Part shown: piece after piece, positions 57,412 to 64,000 of the stretch
How the letters are laid out: each line of letters begins with the position of its first letter
Position numbering within the stretch: position 1 is the stretch's first letter
From: the human T2T-CHM13v2.0 reference genome, Homo sapiens
Direction: 5' to 3' (one strand)
Length of the DNA: 64,000 bases
NCBI RefSeq assembly: GCF_009914755.1
Contig: NC_060939.1
Program-made: the position numbers and the translations under genes
Notes under the pieces: generated by a model
What the model was told of the DNA's origin: nothing
Database searches by the model: none
The model's input: the letters and a program-made list of their open reading frames with translations, nothing else

Positions 57412-58510
57412 AAGAAATCTATCTCAACTGTAAAGACACATACAGACTGAAAGTAAAGGGATAGAAAAAGACATTGCATTCCATGTAAACAGAAACCAGA
57501 ACCAAAGGAGTGCCTATACTTATATTAGATAAAACAGACTTTAAATCCAAATTTATTAAAGGAGACAAAGAAGGTCATTACATAAAGATCAAGGAATCAA
57601 TTCAGCAAAAGGAAATAACAATTCTAACTAATTATATATACCCAACACCGGAGCACCCAGATATATAAAGTAAATATTATTAGATCTAAAGGGAGAGATA
57701 CATTCCAATACAAAAATAGTTCAGGATTTTAACACCACACTTACAGCTTTAGACAGATCATCTAGACAGGAAACTAACAAAGAAACAGTGAATTTAAACC
57801 GCATGTTTGAACAAACACACCTAACAGACATTTACAGGACATTTTACACAACAGCCACAGAATACACATTCTTCTCATCAGCACCTGCAACATTCTTCCA
57901 GAATAGACCAAAGATTGGGACACAACACAAGTCTCAACACATTTTTAAAACTCATAAATGTATCAAGTATCTTTTCAGACCACAGTGAAATAAAACTAGA
58001 AATCAGTAACAGGAAAAACTTGGGTAAATCAGTAACAGGAAAAACTTGGCTAACTACAAATACATAATACTTAAAAAACATGCTCTTGAATGACCACTTG
58101 GTTAAGGATGAAATTAAGGAAAAAAATGGAAATAAGTGAAAATTGAAACACAACATACCAAAATCTATGGGATAGAGCAAAAGCAGTGCTAAGAAGAACG
58201 CTTATAGCAAAACTTACCTACATAAAAACAAGAAGAAAGATTCCAAATAAATGGTCTAATAGTACCCATCAAAGAACTAGAAAAGTAAGAACAAACTAAA
58301 CCCAAAATTAGTAGAAGGAAAAAAAATTGTAAAGATTAGAGCAGAAATAAATGAAATTGAGACCAAAAAATACAAAGGACTAGCAAAACCATAAGTTCAT
58401 TTTTTGAAAAGATAAACAAAATTGATTAACCACTAGCTAGACTAACCAAGAGAAAAAGACCCAAATAAATAAAATCAGAAATGAAAAAGGAGACATTACA
58501 ACTGATACCA

Positions 58511-58648
58511 GGATAGCATTAGGAGATATACCTAATGTTAAATGACAAGTTAATGGGTGCAGCACACCAACATGGTGCATGTATACATATGTAACTAACC
58601 TGCACATTGTGTACGTGTACCCTAAAACAAAGTATAATAATAAAAAAA
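58511..58648 (+). mobile_element. Short young L1PA (about PA3-5) 3' end nested in the older L1
   Basis: ggatagcattaggagatatacctaatgttaaatgac...ccctaaaacaaagtataataataaaaaaa interrupts the host ORF2 at actgatacca. Confidence 0.9.
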
Positions 58649-60564
58649 GAATATAATTGAGTACACACACAAAAAAGAAATAATAAAAATCATCAGAGAC
58701 TATTATGAACAACTATACATTAACAATCTAGAAAGCCTAGAGAAAATTAAAAAATTCCAGGACACATGACCTTCCAAGATTCAATCCAGAAGAAATAGAC
58801 AGCCCAAATAAACCAAAAGGATTAATGAGATTGAATCAGTAATACAAAATCTCCCAACACATTCCAGGCCTGCCTTACCTCACTGCCAGATTCTACCAAA
58901 TTTTCAAAGAAGAGCTAATACTAATTCTCCTCAAGCTATTCCAAAAAAAATTGAAGAGGAGCAAATTCTCCCTAACTCATTCTATGAGGCTAGCATTACC
59001 CTGGTACAAAACTACAGACCACTATCTATGAAGAACATAGATGCAAAAATCCTAAACAAAATACTACCAAACCAAACCCAACAGCACAGCAAAAAGATAA
59101 TACACCAAGATCAAGCAGAATTTATCTGAGGGGAGCATGAATTGTTCAACCTAAGCAAATCAATACATGTGATACATCAACAGATTGAAGGATAGAAACC
59201 ATATTATCTCATTAGATGCAGAAAAAGCATTTGATAACATACAACATTCCTTGTTGAATATTGAGATTTTGCAACATTTGATAAAAACTCTCAGTGAACT
59301 AGTCATTTAAGGATCATGTCTGAACATAATAAGGGCCATATATGACACACCCACTGCTAATGTTATAATGAATGGGAAAAAGCTGAAAACCTTCTCCGTA
59401 AGAACCAGAACAAGACAAGGATACCACATTCAGCACTTCTATTTAACATAATTCTGGAAATTCTTGCCAGAGAAATCTGGCAAGAGAAACAAATAAAAAT
59501 CATCCAAATTGGAAAAGAAAAGTCAAATTATCCCTCGTTGCTGATGATTTGAGATTTCACATCAAGAAAACCTTAAAGAGTCTACCAAAAAAACTTCTTA
59601 GATATGATAAATAAATTCAGTAAAGTTGCAGGATGCAAAATCAACATACAAAAATTAGTAGCATTTCTATGAACCAAGAATGAACTCCCTGCTAAAGAAA
59701 TTAAGAAGGCAATTCCATTTGCAATAGCTACCCCAAAAAAATCTGGGAAGAAATTTAATCCAAGAGTTGAAAGACTTCTATCAGGAAAACTCTAAAACAC
59801 TGATAAAAGAAATTGAAGAGTACACAAATAGAAAGACAACCTATGCTCAATAAATTCAAAAAATTAATATCATTAAAATGACCATTCTGCCCAAAGCAAA
59901 CTGCAGATTGAATGCAATCCCTATCAAAGTACTGATGTCATATTTTACAGAGATAGAAAAAACAACCCTAGTATTTATATGGAACCACAAAATGAGCCCA
60001 AATAATAAAAACAATCCTGAGCAAAAAGAACAAAGGTGAAAGCATGACTCTTCCTGACTTCAAAATATATTATGAGACTAAAGTAACTATAACAGCATGG
60101 TGTTGCTATCATAACAGACACATAGACCAATGTAGCAGAATAGAGAATCCAGAAATAAATCCAGGCATTCACAGCCAACTGATTTTTTTTTTTTGAAAAG
60201 CACCAAGAACATACATTAGGGAGTGGACAACTTCTCCAATAAATGGTGCTGGGAAAACTGGATATCTATACGTAAAATAATAAAACTAGACCCCTATCTC
60301 TCAACATATATACAAAAATCAATATGAATGAAAGACTTAAGTGTCAGACCTGAAACTATAAAATTGCTAGAAGAAAACGTAGTAAAAACACTTTAGGACA
60401 TTGGTTAAGGCAAATATTTTGTGACTAAAGCCTCAAAAGCACAGGCAGCAAAAGCAAAATAGACAAATGAGATTCCATTAAACCAAAAAGCTTTTTCACA
60501 GCAAAGGAAACAATAACAGACTGAAGAGACAATGTGTTGAATGAGAGAAAATATTTGCAACTTC

Positions 60565-60881
60565 AGCCAGGGGCCATGGCTCATGCCTGTAACCGAAGCA
60601 CTTTGTGAGGCTGAGGTGGGAGGATTGCTTGAGTCCAGGAGTTCGAGACCAAACCAGCCTGGGCAACACAAAGACATCTCATATCTACAAAAATTACAAA
60701 AATTAGCCAGGTGTGGTGGTGCACACCTGTAATCCTGGCTACTTGGGAGGCTGAAGCAGGAGGATCACTTGAGCCTGGGAGGTCTAGGTTGCAATGAGCC
60801 AAGATCATGCCACTGAACTTCAGCCTGGGAGATGAAGCAAGATCCTGTCTCAAAACAACAACAACAACAAAAACAACTAAC
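60565..60881 (+). mobile_element. AluJ-type SINE nested in L1
   Basis: Diverged Alu, (CAA)n tail, 16-bp TSD aa(a/g)tatttgcaa(c/t)ttc. Confidence 0.92.
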
Positions 60882-62009
60882 AAGTATTTGCAATTTCTTC
60901 ATCCAACAGGGGACTAATATCCAGAATATATAAGAATCTCAAACAATTCGACAGCAAAAAAAAAAAAAATCTCATTAAAAAGTGGGCAAAGAAAATGAAC
61001 AGACATTTTTCAAAGGAAGATACACAGTCTCAAAGGAAGATACACAAGTGGTATTTTCATTTACCAAGAGGTATATGATAAAATGCTCAACAGCACTAAT
61101 TATGAAGGAAATTCAGATAAAAACTGTAAGGAGACATCATTGTGCTCCACTTAGATTGGCTTTTATGTAAAAGACAAAAAAAAAAAAAAAATAACAGATG
61201 CTGGTAAGGATGCAGAGTAAAGGAAGCCCATACACTGTTAGTGGGAATGTAAATTAGTACAGTCACTATGGAAAACAGTATGGAGATTTATCAGAAAACT
61301 AAAAATAAAACTACCATATGATCCAGCAATCCCTCTATTGGGTATTTATCCAAAGGAAAAGAAATCAATATATCAAAAAAGATACCTGCAATTCAATGTT
61401 TATTGCAGCACAATTCACAATAGCAAAGATATGGAATCAACGTAAGTGTTCATCAACAGATAAATTGATAAAGAACATGTGGTATATATGCACAATGGAA
61501 TATTATTCTGCCATATAAAAGAATAAAATCATGTCATCAGCAGCAACATAGATGGAACTAGAGGTCATTATGTTAAGGGAAATAAGCCAAGCACAAAAAG
61601 ACATATATCCTATGTTCTCACTCATATGCGGGAGCTAAAAAAGGTTATCTCATCAAGGTAGAGAATAAATGATAGGTACCACAGGCTGGAATGGGTCTGT
61701 GGGAGAGGGGATGGGAATCAAGAGATTTTGCTTAATGGGTACAAACATGCAGTTACAAAGATGAAATAAGTTATGTTTGATAGCAGAGTAGGATGACTAT
61801 AGTTAACAATGTATTGTACATTTCAAAATAGCTAGAAGACTTGAATTGTTCAATGATAAATACTTGAGGTGACAGACACACCAAACAGCCTGACTTAATC
61901 TTTATTCAGGCTATAATGTAACAAAATATCACATGGATCCCATGTAAAAAGTTTTGTATCAATAAAAAATAGTTTTCTCTGTACCTTAGTTGGATAATTT
62001 GTTTAATTA

Positions 62010-62390
62010 ATGAAAGAAGATAAATAAGTGAAGGGATTCATGAATTAGAAAATTCAGTATATTAAAATGTGAATAGATTTTATGTAATCCCAATAAAAAT
62101 TATAAGGTTTCTTTGCAGAAATTGATCCACTGATTCTAAAATTATGTGGAAATGTAAAAGTCTAAGAATAGTCAAAGTAATATTGTGAAGGATTAACATT
62201 AAGATATTAAGATGTATTATAAAGCTATTGTAACTAAGACAATGTGGTATTGACACAAGGATAGACAGATCATAGAAGTTAGAAAAGACCAGAAGCAGAC
62301 CCACACATATTTGGTAAACTATAACCTTAATTCATATCAAAGGTAACACATTTGCAGTGTAAGGGAAAAGACCTTTTTGGAAAACTGTGC
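62010..62390 (+). mobile_element. Very old L1M ORF2 fragment; appears to continue 54270-54470 and to resume at about 63873-64000
   Basis: gaaattgatccactgattctaaaattatgtggaaatg...gacaatgtggtattgacacaaggatagacagat, collinear with L1 ORF2. Confidence 0.7.
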
Positions 62391-62395
62391 TGTAT

Positions 62396-63703
62396 TCCTC
62401 ACCGGAATAGACACCTACTCCAGGTATAAGTTTGCCTATCCTGCACACAGTGCTTCTGCCAAGACTATCATCGTGGACTAACAGAATGCCTTATCCACCA
62501 TCATGGTATTCCACACAGCATTGCCTCTGAAGGCACTCACTTTACAGCTAAAGAAGTGCAGCAGTGGACTCATGCTCCTGGAATTCACTGGTTTTACCAT
62601 GTTCCCTATCATCCTGAAGCAGCTGGATTGATAGAATGGTGGAATGGCCATTTGAAGTCACAATTAGCTGACTACACAACTAGCCAACTAGCTGACAACA
62701 CTTTGCAGGGCTGGGGCAAAATTCTCCAGAAGGCTGTGTATGCCCTGAATCAGCATCCAATATATGGTACTGTTTCTCCCATTGCAAGGATTCACGGTCC
62801 AGGAATCAAGGGTGGAAGTGAAAGTGGCACCACTCACCATCACCCCTAGTGACCCACTAGCAAAATTCTTGCTTCCTGTTGCCCCGACATTACGTTCTGC
62901 TGGCCTAGGGATCTTAGTTCTAGAGGGAGGAATGCTGCCACTAGGAGACATAACAATTCCATTAAACTGGATGTTAACATTGCCACCTGGACACTTTGGG
63001 ATCCCCCACCTCTAAGTCTACAGGCTAAGAAGGGAGTTACAATGTTGGCTGGGGTGATTGACCTGGACTATCAAGATGAAATCAGTCTACTACTCCACAA
63101 TGAAAGTAAGGAAGAATGTGTGGAATACAGGAGATCCCTTAGGGTGTCTCTTAGTATTATCATGCCCTGTGATTAAGGTCAATGGGAAACTACAACGACC
63201 CAATCCAGGCAGGAATACAAATAGCCCAGACCCTTCAGGAATGATGGTTTGGGTCACTCCACCAGGTGAAAAACCATGACCCGCTAAGGTGCTTGTTGAA
63301 AGCAAAAGGAATACAGAATGGATAGTTGAAGAAGGTAGTCATCAATACCAGCTACGACCACTTGACCAGTTGCAGAAACGAGAACTGTAATTGTCATTGG
63401 TATTTGGATTTCCTCCTTATTTTGTTAAGAACTTGTTTGTGCATGTATACACTTGTACTAAGAAAACATCTTCGTTTTCTTTTTCCTTTATCCTGTTACA
63501 CAAGATTTATTGACTTCATATCAGCATGTAAGTGTTGTTAGCTTTATGTAATAGCATTTAGGTTAAGGATTAGTGCACTTCCAGTTGTACAAAGGATAGC
63601 TGTATTATGTTAGGTGTAATTCTACCTTTATTATTGTCTTTTATTGAAGAATATGGATGATTTCAGGAGATGTGTATGGGTTCAAGTTGACAAGAGGTGG
63701 GCT
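62396..63703 (+). mobile_element. HERV-L internal fragment: disrupted integrase core and dUTPase, 3' non-coding region and polypurine tract
   Basis: ORF 62556..62849 GIHWFYHVPYHPEAAGLIE (integrase region around the catalytic E); ORF 62764..63015 RSAGL...LPPGHFG plus GVIDLDY at ~63051 (dUTPase motifs); PPT aagaggtggg at 63692. Confidence 0.9.
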
Positions 63704-63867
63704 TGTGATGGTTAAGTGTCAACTTGATTGGACTGAAGAATGCAAAGTATTGTTCCTGGGTGTGTCTGTGAGGGTGTTGCCAAAGGAGTTTAACATTTGA
63801 GTCAGTGGACTGGGAGAGGCAGACACACCCTCAATCAGGGTGGGCACCATCTAATCCACTGGCAGTA
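63704..63867 (+). mobile_element. MLT2A-type 3' LTR of HERV-L, only the first ~165 bp present
   Basis: Begins TGTGATGGTTAA right after the PPT; gtgtcaacttgattgg...ggcaccatctaatc; then stops abruptly. Confidence 0.85.
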
Positions 63868-64000
63868 TGTATACATGAAAAGAATGATCAAATTACCTCT
63901 TTTACATTTTAAACGTATATCCAAAAATCAAACAAACATTTAGATTCTCTAAGGGTTGAGGGCCATTTAAAACAACCCAGTGCAGAAAGTTCTTCATGTT

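Larger units (their letters stand above)
54475..61969 (+). mobile_element. Near full-length degraded L1 (L1MA3-like 3' end): 5' UTR ~54475-56050, ORF1 remnant ~56050-57000, ORF2 remnant ~57150-61450, 3' UTR ending caataaaaaa
   Basis: Collinear endonuclease text (ttcaggattttaacaccacactt, cagaccacagtgaaataaaactagaa) and RT text (attagatgcagaaaaagcatttgataa; gttgctgatgat); many stops and frameshifts. Confidence 0.9.

Overview
This is human (primate) genomic DNA, not prokaryotic. It holds the 3' end of MCTP2 (multiple C2 and transmembrane domain-containing 2; 15q26.2 from recall) on the + strand. Six coding exons (10209-10331, 12952-12993, 28172-28281, 40368-40477, 46738-46835, 49008-49076) have canonical AG/GT ends, splice in frame and give the last 183 aa of the protein, followed by a long 3' UTR with several candidate poly(A) signals up to about 54 kb. 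The rest is intron or intergenic sequence rich in Alu, L1, L2, MIR, DNA-transposon and LTR remnants. Downstream lies a nested retroelement stack: a degraded, near full-length L1MA3-like element that contains a tiny RPL4 retrocopy, an L1PA 3' end and an Alu, followed by a HERV-L fragment truncated at both ends. Most ORFs in the six-frame track are repeat-derived or chance. I found no convincing new biological system. The best leads are unusual retro-insertions and testable splicing hypotheses for MCTP2. Repeat family names come from my recall of consensus sequences, and the boundaries of old repeats are approximate.
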